This document shows, one piece after another, positions 53,134 to 64,000 of a DNA stretch of 64,000 bases. The stretch comes from Octopus vulgaris (lineage: Eukaryota), in assembly GCA_951406725.2 (NCBI GenBank), contig OX597819.1, forward strand, positions 37,076,001-37,140,000. Reading direction: 5' to 3'. Each line of letters begins with the position of its first letter. The stretch's first letter is position 1. Below the pieces are notes generated by a model, which ran no database searches, was not told the origin of the DNA, and saw only the letters and a program-made list of their open reading frames with translations. Made by a program: the position numbers and the translations under genes.

Positions 53134-53626
53134 GTAAAGTATAGAAGCCATCTTATCATGGCTAACCACATTGGGGAGGGGGTGTTACTGTAGCTTTATA
53201 GCCCCAAGAGATCTTCGTCTCTAGCTGGCTTTAGACACAATATCAGTGTCCTTGGAGTATTTGCAAAGGGAGGCCATCCCTTCCTCGCAAGCCTGAGAGA
53301 TACGCTCGAACTAGTTTCGGGATTGTTGTCCCTCGTCAACGGGCGGTAACCACCAGGTCGCGATGAAAGTGAAGGCTCCTTTGCAAATATATATAAGTTT
53401 TTCTAATGGCGTCTGCCACAGATGTCGAAAAACGAACAGTAAGCATAATTAAATCTCCACTCAGGCTTGCGAGGAAGGGGTGGCCTCCCTTTGCAAATAC
53501 TCCAAGGACACTGATATTGTGTCTAAAGCCAGCTAGAGACGAAGATCTCTTGGGGCTATAAAGCTACAGTAACACCCCCTCCCCAATGTGGTTAGCCATG
53601 ATAAGATGGCTTCTATACTTTACATT
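53131..53626. repeat. Foldback element: 167-bp near-perfect inverted arms (53131-53297 / 53460-53626) between (TA)n tracts
   Basis: Arms are reverse complements with one visible mismatch. Confidence 0.92.
53304..53344 (-). ncRNA. Hammerhead motif with C3U change
   Basis: GCCCG-TTGACGA-GGGA-CAACAA-TCCC-GAAA-CTAG-TT-CGAGC. Confidence 0.6.
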
Positions 53627-53670
53627 ATCGAGCGATTACTGTTTCAATCTCATTCTGAGATTTAATTATG

Positions 53671-53712
<42 letters not shown>

Positions 53713-53978
53713 GAATGGCGGTGCCCCAGCATGGCCACAGCTCATGAGCTGAAACTAGATAAAATGAAAATGAAAAATAAATGAAGGTGGGTATGTTTAG
53801 TCGCACAAATCGAGATACCAGTACTTACTCTATTCAGCCTCTTTTGCCGAATCGGTATTTAAAACAATAAAAATAAAAAAATGGGACAAAGATTTAACAT
53901 TGAGTTGTTCAAAAGTCTCTATATAGGTAACTACTATAGTAGTTCAAGGACTTCAAATCACCAGTGGTTCAGAAAATA

Positions 53979-54770
<792 letters not shown>

Positions 54771-54879
54771 TTTCCAGGCCCTTCCAGCATCTACGGTAAG
54801 AGTTGTAGCAGGGGAAAAGAAGAAAGTTAAGATGTTTGTGGAATTGTTAACGTTGTCTTGGAGACTATCGTCGTCATCG

Positions 54880-54916
<37 letters not shown>

Positions 54917-55367
54917 TATCTCGTCGTTATCATTATTTCTAAGCTTATTATTCCATACTAATATTATTTTATATATTTTCGTTTTGATTAGAGCAATGGT
55001 GATTGAGGGGGAGGAGCGAGCCTAGAATACAGCAAACTATACCAATAACTGGAGCATCGTTACCAATAATGTCAGAGTCAAATGGTAAGAAGTACAGGAA
55101 GGTGATGGAGGGGGGATTCAAATGTCAAATTCAACAAATTTCATGGACAACTGATATTTAAACATCTTCCAATAATTATTACAGATCTTGAATATCTCAC
55201 GTAGTTATGGTACGCTGTGCGATTTCTCAAAATACTTTCCATATATTTATTAGAGTATTTGATAATCCCCGTGTACATTTCCGAATGAGAAGACATGGTT
55301 TTCAAAAGTGCTCGCTGATATAAATTTCATAAGTTTAAAATGCGAGATAAATTTGCTGTCTGTGTAT

Positions 55368-56000
<633 letters not shown>

Positions 56001-56011
56001 AATATATATAT

Positions 56012-56167
56012 ATATAAATTAAATTAGAGATAAAACCACTATTATGCAAATCAAACAGTGATTTGCATAATAGTGGTTTTATCTCTAATTTAATTTATAT
56101 TTATACCGTGAAATTTGATTTAATCCTAAATCTAATTTTCCCCTATAAGTATGGATATACTCCCTAA

Positions 56168-56263
<96 letters not shown>

Positions 56264-56275
56264 TATATAATAATG

Positions 56276-56329
<54 letters not shown>

Positions 56330-56402
56330 GGGAGTATATCCATACTTACAGGGGAAAATTAGATTTAGGATTAAATCAAATTTCACGGTATAAATATAAA
56401 TT

Positions 56403-56408
<6 letters not shown>
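56012..56408. repeat. Compound palindrome: 42-bp hairpin (56012-56100) overlapping an 80-bp inverted repeat (56086-56166 / 56329-56408) around (TTA)n(TA)n(TAA)n
   Basis: Direct reverse-complement matches. Confidence 0.9.
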
Positions 56409-56470
<62 letters not shown>

Positions 56471-56484
56471 CAATACATATATAT

Positions 56485-57369
56485 ACCAAACAATACCTTC
56501 TTTTTAATTCATGCCACCCAAGACACACTAAAACAAACATCCCCTTCAACCTTGCAAGAAGGATATGCACAATAGTGTCAGAACAAAATACCAGGAACTT
56601 TAGACTGCAAGAACTCAAAAACACCCTAATTGACAGACATTACCCAGCTCAACTCATAGAGGATGGGATCAGACGTGCAACAGAAATCAACATAGAAACT
56701 TTAAGAAAAGTTCAACACAACAACACACCTTCCCCGAAAATACTACCTTACATATCTACATACAACCCCAGAAACAAAGAAGCCTTCACCATCATCACCC
56801 AGAATTTACCAATACTTCATAAAAACCCAAAATTAAAGGAAATTCTAAACATACACCAAATCATTAAAAGCTACAAACAGCCTAAATCACTTAAAAAGAT
56901 TCTCACAAAGGCAAAATTGTCTTCTAAAATTACGGATGCAAAAGTAAAAAAATGTGGTAGATCGAACTGTGCAACATGTCCTAACCTATTGGAAGGATCA
57001 GAATTCTTCTTTAAAGAGGGACAGAAATTTAAGATCAAATCTAACTTTACTTGTGCCTCTGAAAACATAATTTATGTTATTAAATGCTCGGGCTGCCACC
57101 AAGACTACGTGGGTTCCACGGGACTATCACTCAGGCGCAGATGCACACTGCATCGACAACAGATTGCATTCCCAGAATATAGAATGATACCTTTTAGTGA
57201 GCACATTGAGAAATGCGCAAAGCAACTACTGCCACAATTTTTAATCTTCCCATTTTACCAATGTGCTTTCGGATCATCAACACAAATGAGACTGAACAAG
57301 GAAACATTCTTCATTGAAAAGTACAAACCCAGACTCAACCATCCGAACATACTGACACAGAGAAATTAA
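56485..57369 (+). CDS. Uninterrupted PLE ORF fragment (RT thumb + Zn knuckle + GIY-YIG endonuclease); lacks native start and RT core
   Basis: No stop over ~295 codons; ORF track 56575-57369. Confidence 0.7.
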   Translation, partial: TKQYLLFNSCHPRHTKTNIPFNLARRICTIVSEQNTRNFRLQELKNTLIDRHYPAQLIEDGIRRATEINIETLRKVQHNNTPSPKILPYISTYNPRNKEAFTIITQNLPILHKNPKLKEILNIHQIIKSYKQPKSLKKILTKAKLSSKITDAKVKKCGRSNCATCPNLLEGSEFFFKEGQKFKIKSNFTCASENIIYVIKCSGCHQDYVGSTGLSLRRRCTLHRQQIAFPEYRMIPFSEHIEKCAKQLLPQFLIFPFYQCAFGSSTQMRLNKETFFIEKYKPRLNHPNILTQRN

Positions 57370-57504
57370 CAAGGAAATGGGAAAAAAATTTTTAAGCGAT
57401 TATCTCCCCTACACCGGAAAAAATCACTCACTACCTCCCCTTATTTAGAAATCTCCTGGAAATAAAAACAACGATAATTCCATGCAATATAAACATAACG
57501 TCAC

Positions 57505-57544
57505 AAGAAATTTGAAAAGCTACACGCGAAACCGGTAATTTCTT
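57505..57544 (+). ncRNA. Hammerhead ribozyme, U3-A8 core variant
   Basis: AAGAAAT-TTGAAAA-GC-TACAC-GC-GAAA-CCGG-TA-ATTTCTT. Confidence 0.7.
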
Positions 57545-57746
57545 TAAAAATTTTTAAATTATGTCATTTTAAGGAAAGGAAAAAAATTTTTTCCAATATT
57601 CTCCAGACATTTTGACACAAATATATATGTTTTTTAACATTTAAGCCTTCTGTCGTTTTTTCACACTTTACTATTTTCTTATATATTCACCCACGTGCTT
57701 TACCAAACAAACTTTCTTATCTATATATATATATATATATAGATAT

Positions 57747-58017
57747 ATAATTCAGCTTTGAGGATTAATAGATATGCGGGTATTCTATTTCAGATAATAC
57801 AAAAAAATAACCTATTGAGTATATCTGAAGGTAAACTCGTGGTATCTATTTGCACATCACGAAATAATACTTTAAAGGTTAAAGTATTATTAAAGTATTA
57901 TTTCGTGACGTGCAAATAGACACCACGAGTTTACCTTTAGATATACTCATTAAGTTATTTTTTGTATTATCTGAAATAGAATACCCGCATATCTATTAAT
58001 CCCCAAAACTGAATTAT
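57747..58017. repeat. ~130-bp-arm hairpin next to (TA)n
   Basis: GGATTAATAGATATGCGGGTATTCTATTTCAGATAATAC is mirrored at 57964-58002; short spacer at ~57875-57890. Confidence 0.9.
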
Positions 58018-58199
58018 TATTGATTTCTATTATATATTTTGTATATTTCTAGATAAATATATAAATATATGATAATCAAGACCCCACTGTACAATATGCA
58101 GCTGCATGTAATGCTAAAGGGTTGTACCTGATTGATTTGGAAATTCGTTTTTCCCAAATTAATTATATATATATATTTCCAAATTTGTGTAAATGTGTA

Positions 58200-59250
58200 T
58201 AGAATAATATATCAGAGGAATAAAGTTACAACATGGTCTGGTTTTCACATTTTTTTGTTATTGCATTTTTTAAAAAGATTTTAAATGTTGAAGTGTGTTA
58301 AACATTAAAAAAAATATTTAGTAATGTTCATAAAGTTCAATTAGCATTTTCATACGTTCGTAGTAATCATCAGATTTCAAAATGTATTAACTGACAGTTG
58401 AGTTGAGTGCTTGACAACTTATTTGGCTTCAATCGTTTTTATTTCAGTCTGTGGGAGTCTTCTGTAATTTGTTTATATACATACGTTAAAGATATTTTTT
58501 TAAGTCTACATCGTTAACTGATTGTTATATTATTGTTATTTCCGTTGAGAACACGTTTGAACATTTTAATAAAACGTTTTTCTTTTATCTTTCTTCCAAC
58601 CTCACTTGTGTCACGTAGTTTGTGGAAAGGGAAACATTTTCTGGCCATATGTTTCAATACGTTCGCTCAATGGAATTTGGCAAACATTGGCGTTCCGAAC
58701 TTGTTTTCTGGAAACTCGTGAGTGTTCCAAAAATGCATTCCCTGTCTCGCAATTAGGGTATTTAATGCACTAGATCAAATTTCTGCTTTTAGAGTTCATA
58801 TCTGCATTTGTGAAAATCTGTCCATATTTTTTGTTCTAATGGATTTACCAATATGCATATACTGACAGGTTCCACATCTGTTATCATTACACTTGGATTC
58901 TGTGAATGTTTTATCCTCTTTATTCATGTTGAATTTTACCTTTGTTAATAGTTTCCTTGAGTTATGTGGTTACCTTTTGATTACGATAAGTATTTGATTA
59001 GTTATGTTTTTTTTTTAATTGGTCACTTTGTTTCATGATTGGCAAATTTGTTGTGATGATGTTAAAAATGTTTTGCTGATGCGGATTATGAATTACTAGA
59101 AATGGAACTGTGTTCCGTTGATTGGTTCGTGTTTCTCATGTTGCTCTAAGTTGTTCTATAGGCATCTCTTTTGCTTGTTGTATGCTATTTTCTAAGTAGA
59201 AGAGGGTATTTTTGCTTGAGAAGAAATCCTTTGAGTTCTATAGGTCGTAT
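58200..59250 (-). mobile_element. Old, heavily decayed Penelope-like 3' region
   Basis: Minus-strand remnants NLI*CIKYPNC, QIPLSERIE, RFIKMFKRVLN; hammerhead remnant at 58338-58377; terminal piece repeated at ~41660-41760. Confidence 0.6.
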
Positions 59251-59361
59251 GTTCCTGTTAGGGGTGGAAGAATATAAATTTTATATTCTCCTCTCCTACT
59301 GTGCTCTCTACACATTCTGATTGATTCTTTGCCAATGTAAACTTTCATTTAATCAAAGTAT

Positions 59362-59455
59362 CCTTGGCCTAAAGAGTAGCTTGCGCGGTATACATCTCGC
59401 TTGGATATTTACCACTTCTGAGATTCCGCTCGCTATGAAACATATGTAGCCTAGG
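59362..59455 (+). ncRNA. Hammerhead motif with extended stem II and G5A change
   Basis: CCTTGGC-CTAAAGA-GTAGC...GCTAT-GAAA-CATATG-TA-GCCTAGG. Confidence 0.5.
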
Positions 59456-59475
59456 TCTCATCTACTCCATTCCTT

Positions 59476-59550
<75 letters not shown>

Positions 59551-59591
59551 TGTTTATCTGACTAGAAAAGAATGACTGCTCCGAAATATAA

Positions 59592-59634
<43 letters not shown>

Positions 59635-59637
<3 letters not shown>

Positions 59638-59860
59638 TCTATGTTTTTGTACAGTTGAGGATTGCTCTGCATTTAAATTGATGTAATAACTGCATTGTTC
59701 AATTAAATGGAGTTGCGTGAAACAATCGTACTGCATTACCTCTGGATATCCTTGATGCTTATTTTATTCTAATCACCTTATTTTGAAATTGTATGGATAA
59801 TACCATACTAAATTTTGGTGCCTCAACTTAAGTACCATATTCATCTGAATCTAAATTTTT
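59635..59860 (+). mobile_element. Solo terminal repeat of the 2794-4278 family with hammerhead remnant (59649-59736, core TTGAGGA)
   Basis: Collinear with 4055-4278. Confidence 0.7.
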
Positions 59861-59877
59861 GCTGAACTGATACACAC

Positions 59878-59930
<53 letters not shown>

Positions 59931-60258
59931 TCTTAATAAAAATTAGGAGAACAGAAGTTTACATATCCAGTTTTATTATATAGTAAATTATATAGTTAAT
60001 CACATCTTTCAATGTTAGTACCTACATATATTTCTGCTGCAAATTAAGCATCTTCGTGTGCACTTTGGTCTTAATTACTGGTACTGCATTATCAGGATAA
60101 AATTTAACTACATTTTAGATACCGTCAGAGCAGAGTAACTAGTCCAGCCTAAATTGTTTATACACGTGGCGTCACTGTTACTAGAAATAGCCTAAAGTTT
60201 TAACTTTTCAACCTGTTTGGGGAAACAAAATGACTTTTTCACCAACCAGGTTGAAAAG

Positions 60259-60422
60259 AGGCGCAGGTGTGGCTATGTGGTAAGAAGCTTTGGTCCCAAC
60301 CGCATGATTCTGGGATCAGTCCCACCGCATGGCACGTTGGGCAATTGTTTCCTACTACACCCTCGAGCCGACTAAAGCCTTGTGAGAAGATTTGGAAAAC
60401 GGAAACTGAGGGAATCCCGTCG

Positions 60423-60494
<72 letters not shown>

Positions 60495-60637
60495 TTTGTG
60501 TTTATCCTACCACCACCGCTTGACAACCAGTGTTGGTATGTTTACGTCCCCGTAACTGAGGTCGATTCATTCGACTAAAATTCTTCAAGGCGGTACTCCA
60601 GCATGGCCGGAGTCTAATGACTGAAGCAAGTAAAAGA
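60259..60637 (+). mobile_element. Full-length SINE family B with (TA)n(TG)n centre
   Basis: GGCGCAGGTGTGGCTATGTGGTAAG head; collinear with 15903-16322. Confidence 0.85.
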
Positions 60638-61178
60638 TATCCTCAGAGATGATATGGTTCGATTTGATCTCTGTTCATCATCATCTGTGTTATTCCTATG
60701 TTAAATCAAAAAATTAAGCATTATATAATAAGTTTCACCTACATTTACTTTTAATTTATTCATATTTTATATAAATATTTATCACCTTTTTTACCTCCAC
60801 ATCTTTCACCAAATGGCGTTTTACGATCGCCTCTTATCATGTTCAAAAAACATTTTAGTTAAACAGGGGCTAATTTTGTAGTGGTTTATTATTTTCGACG
60901 TATTTCTATATTATTTCATTCAGCATGTATTTCCTTTCGGATATTTTCTGGGATAAGTACCTCCAAGTTAAATTTTAATGGAAATTACTAAAGAAAACGA
61001 GAACTTATATGACAAAATTATATTGAACCTCGGCACATCATTACCTGCTTGTAGTCACTAATAACGCAATGTCCTACTTTAATACTAATCCTAACAATAC
61101 TTAGTTGTCGTATTTCTAAGAAAAATTATGATCTTTTTAAACGCCCAGCTCTCTCGCCTTAGGACTTCCTTGACTTTC

Positions 61179-61483
61179 GGATCTTTTCGGTTTGAACGGC
61201 AGTTTTTTAAAATAATTTCCACGTAACTAAACACTTTTAAACTTCGTATACTGGTAGAATGTGTTTATAAAGCATCTTTTTCTCTTGGCTTTATTGAGAA
61301 AATTCTATAGTTTGTAAGATATTTGGGGTTTTTTTCTTCAATTTCTTAAAAACTATAGAATTTTCTCAATAAAGCCAAGAGAAAAAGATGTTTTATAAAC
61401 ACATTCTACCAGCATACGAAGTTTAAAATTTTTTAGTTACCTAGAAATTATGTTAAAAACTGTCGTTCAAACCGGAAAGATCC
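61179..61483. mobile_element. MITE derivative made of two right ends in inverted orientation
   Basis: Same TIRs as 4906-5328; TTAGGG part absent; flanks TGACTTTC / CACCAGTG do not match. Confidence 0.85.
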
Positions 61484-61619
61484 CACCAGTGAATTTATCT
61501 GGAAATAGGGAAGCACGGCTGTTGGCAATAGGGTATCCAGGTAATGGGCAAAATGCCCTGTCAATGACAGAAAGGAACTAACAAACTAGCAACTAGTCAT
61601 TCTCACTCATCAAAAGTTG

Positions 61620-61921
61620 TTCGTTTGTTCCTTCTCGAGCGATGCCTGGCGCATAAGGGCCGGTTTCCCGGTTTCCTTGGCATATAGGTCACCCACCTGG
61701 ACGGGACGTCGGTCCGTCGCAGGTGAGCTGCAAGATGCAGGAAGACAGAGTGAGAGAAAGGTGTGGCGAAAGAGTCAGCAGAAGTTCGGCATTACCTTCT
61801 GCCGGAGCCGCGTGGAACTTAGGTGTTTCGCTCATAAATTCACACATCGGTCTGAGATTCAAACCCGCGATCTCTCGACCGCGAGCCCGCTGCTCTAACC
61901 ACTAGGCCATGTGCCTCCACG
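61620..61921 (-). mobile_element. tRNA-derived SINE (family C), copy 2
   Basis: Close to 29647-29925; 13-bp TSD TCATCAAAAGTTG (61607-61619 / 61922-61934). Confidence 0.92.
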
Positions 61922-62681
61922 TCATCAAAAGTTGAGATATAATAATATTTTTTGTTATTTGTTTCGCTTTCATCTGTATGTAAAGCGTGGAACTGAATTT
62001 CTTTTAATCTGTGAAAACTTGAGAGGCTGATTCAACAACGGTAGCAAAGTCAAAAACAGTTTGTAAGATTGTCAATAAGTTTTGTTGCCATGAACATTAA
62101 AACGTTTGACATTTGGAACAGAGGCGCTCAATGTACAAATTTTATTGGGTTGAAAGTGTAGCTAACTTTAAATGGTCAAGTATTCTTCGTGGTGGTGGCG
62201 GCGGTGGTGGTAGTGGTGGTTGTTATGGTGATGGTTGTGGTTGCGATTGTTGTGGTGAAGGTAGTAGTTGTGGTGGTGATAGTGGTTGTGGTTGCGGTTG
62301 TTGTGATGATAACGATGTTTGTGATAGTGATGAGATTGTAGTTTTGGTGGTGCTGCTGGTGGTGCTGGTGCTGGTGGTGGTGGTGGTGGTGGTGGCGGCG
62401 GCGGCGGCAGTGGTTGTTTAGTGCAACTTCAAACATGATAAAGTAGATCAGTGTTTGAAGGAGTCCAGCTATGATCATTCTACCTTATTTTATCAGACGG
62501 TATATCTATGACTACGATAATCAATACCCCTCCGTTTTAAAGCCGGTAAGGTAGCTGCTATTTCTGGCAGGTTCGGTGACCACATTATAAAGGCACCTTT
62601 GTTGGCTCACACTTCATTTTATTTATATGTTTTATGACGCCATATTAAGTTTTGACTTTGCCTTTGTGTTCTATGATGCTT

Positions 62682-63070
62682 GTAGGTAGGTAGGTAGGTA
62701 GGTAGGTAGGTAGGTAGGTAGGTAGGTAGGTATGTGGGTAGGTAGGTGAGTAGGAAGGTAGGTAGGTAGGTAGGTAGGTAGGTAGGTAGGTAGGTAGGTA
62801 GGTAGGAAGGTAGGTAGGTAGGTAGGTAGGTAGGTAGGTAGGTAGGTAGGTAGGTAGGTAGGTAGGTAGGTAGGTAGGTAGGTATGTGTTTGTCTCCACC
62901 ACAGCTTGACAACCGGTATTAGTACCCCCAAAACTTAGCGGTACGGTAAATTAAACCGCTAAAATAAGTACCAGACGTTATGAAAATAAGTTCTGGGGGC
63001 GATTTGTTCAACTAACTCCATCAAGTCTGTGCTCCAGTATGGCCGCAGTCTAATGAAGGAAACAAGTGAA
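62682..63070 (+). repeat. (GGTA)n microsatellite followed by 3' part of SINE family B
   Basis: About 50 GGTA units, then GCTTGACAACCGG...CTCCAGTATGGCCGCAGTC. Confidence 0.8.
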
Positions 63071-63242
63071 CAAAAAAATATTAAATGAACAAAAAAAAGA
63101 GAATTACTTCAGAGAACACGTTGTATCTATAGTATAGTCTCTCACTGGTACACTAATTTCGTTTGTTGTGGATATCATTGATGTCGCTGCTGTAGTAGTA
63201 ATTATTGTGCTATTACTACTTAGCATATATCAACCTGACCGG

Positions 63243-63425
63243 AAGGCGGCGAGCTGGCAGAAACGTTAGCACGCTGGGCGAAATGCGTAGCCATATTTCG
63301 TCTGTCGTTACGTTCTGAGTTCAAATTCCGCCGAGGTCGACTTTGCCATTCATCCTTTCGGCGTCGATAAATTAAGTACAAGTTACACACTGGGGTCGAT
63401 ACAATTGACTTAATCCGTTTGTCTG
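63243..63425 (+). mobile_element. SINE family A
   Basis: AAGGCGGCGAGCTGGCAGAAACGTTAGC...GAGTTCAAATTCCGCCGAGGTCGACTTTGCC..TCATCCTTTCGG.GTCGATAAATTAAGTAC. Confidence 0.9.
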
Positions 63426-64000
63426 TTCTTAATGTTGCTGTTTTTTCGGGAATAGAGAACTCTTGAGTACTATATCCAATGTGCCCTTCATTTATAAGAT
63501 ACTGTTTCAGGGAGATCTGGTTGCTATTGCTCGTAGGCCTAACGACACCACAAAGAGGCATCCTCAAGATTGCCATGGTGACAAAACTAAAAACCGCTAG
63601 AGAAATGAAATCAACACAGACATTTTGAGTCTATAAACGATATCATTTATTTAATTCATTTCTTACTACGCCTCGAGGCAATACATTTATAAACAAGAGA
63701 AATTGAGATTTGTAAAGTTTCTGTCATTTTCAAAGATAAATTAAGAGACGTTGTTTCAACCAGAGAAAGTATTCAATTTACTTATTAACTTTCTTCTATG
63801 TTTAAAAGCAGTTATCAAATGTTAATGTATTTAATATCGGAATACAATTTATTCGTTGAAGAGGGAAAAGGATACAATTATTTCACGACATATTTCGATA
63901 TAGAGGTAAAATTGAAAGTGTAAACAGAAATAATCTGCAGATTTTTAATGACTTAATCTGCGGAGGAGTGTTAAGAAGACGGCAAATTGGCAGAGTTGCT

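Larger units (their letters stand above)
56467..57720 (+). mobile_element. 5'-truncated Penelope-like element (RT C-terminus, GIY-YIG, pLTR) inside (TA)n
   Basis: Open frame QYLLFNSCHPRHTK...C..C..NIIYVIKCSGCHQDYVGST..LRRR...KETFFIEKYKPRLN; homologous to 23319-24250 and 15290-15775. Confidence 0.95.

Overview
Eukaryotic, very AT-rich (animal-like) genomic DNA, mostly intronic/intergenic, saturated with microsatellites and decayed transposable elements. The mix of SINE families, (TA)n/(TACA)n/(GATA)n tracts, Penelope-like elements (PLEs) and mariners resembles an octopus (coleoid cephalopod) genome; this is an inference, not a database result. Recognisable elements: three Penelope-like RT/GIY-YIG families plus many solo PLE terminal-repeat fragments, RTE, Tx1/L1 and R4/Dong LINE fragments, several mariner/Tc1/pogo(Tigger) relics, a non-autonomous Helitron, a TTAGGG-carrying MITE with 8-bp TSDs, and four tRNA-derived SINE families. 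Only one plausible host coding exon was found (39849-40111). The most striking hidden layer is RNA catalysis: about 19 type-I hammerhead ribozyme motifs (roughly ten with intact or compensated cores, four with a U3-A8 covariant core), mostly in PLE termini that often form foldback palindromes at (TA)n sites, and a TSD-flanked ~550-bp RTE-derived element that starts with a putative HDV-like ribozyme. Most ORFs in the supplied track are microsatellite artefacts. Coordinates were counted by eye and may be off by a few bases; no folding or search software was run.
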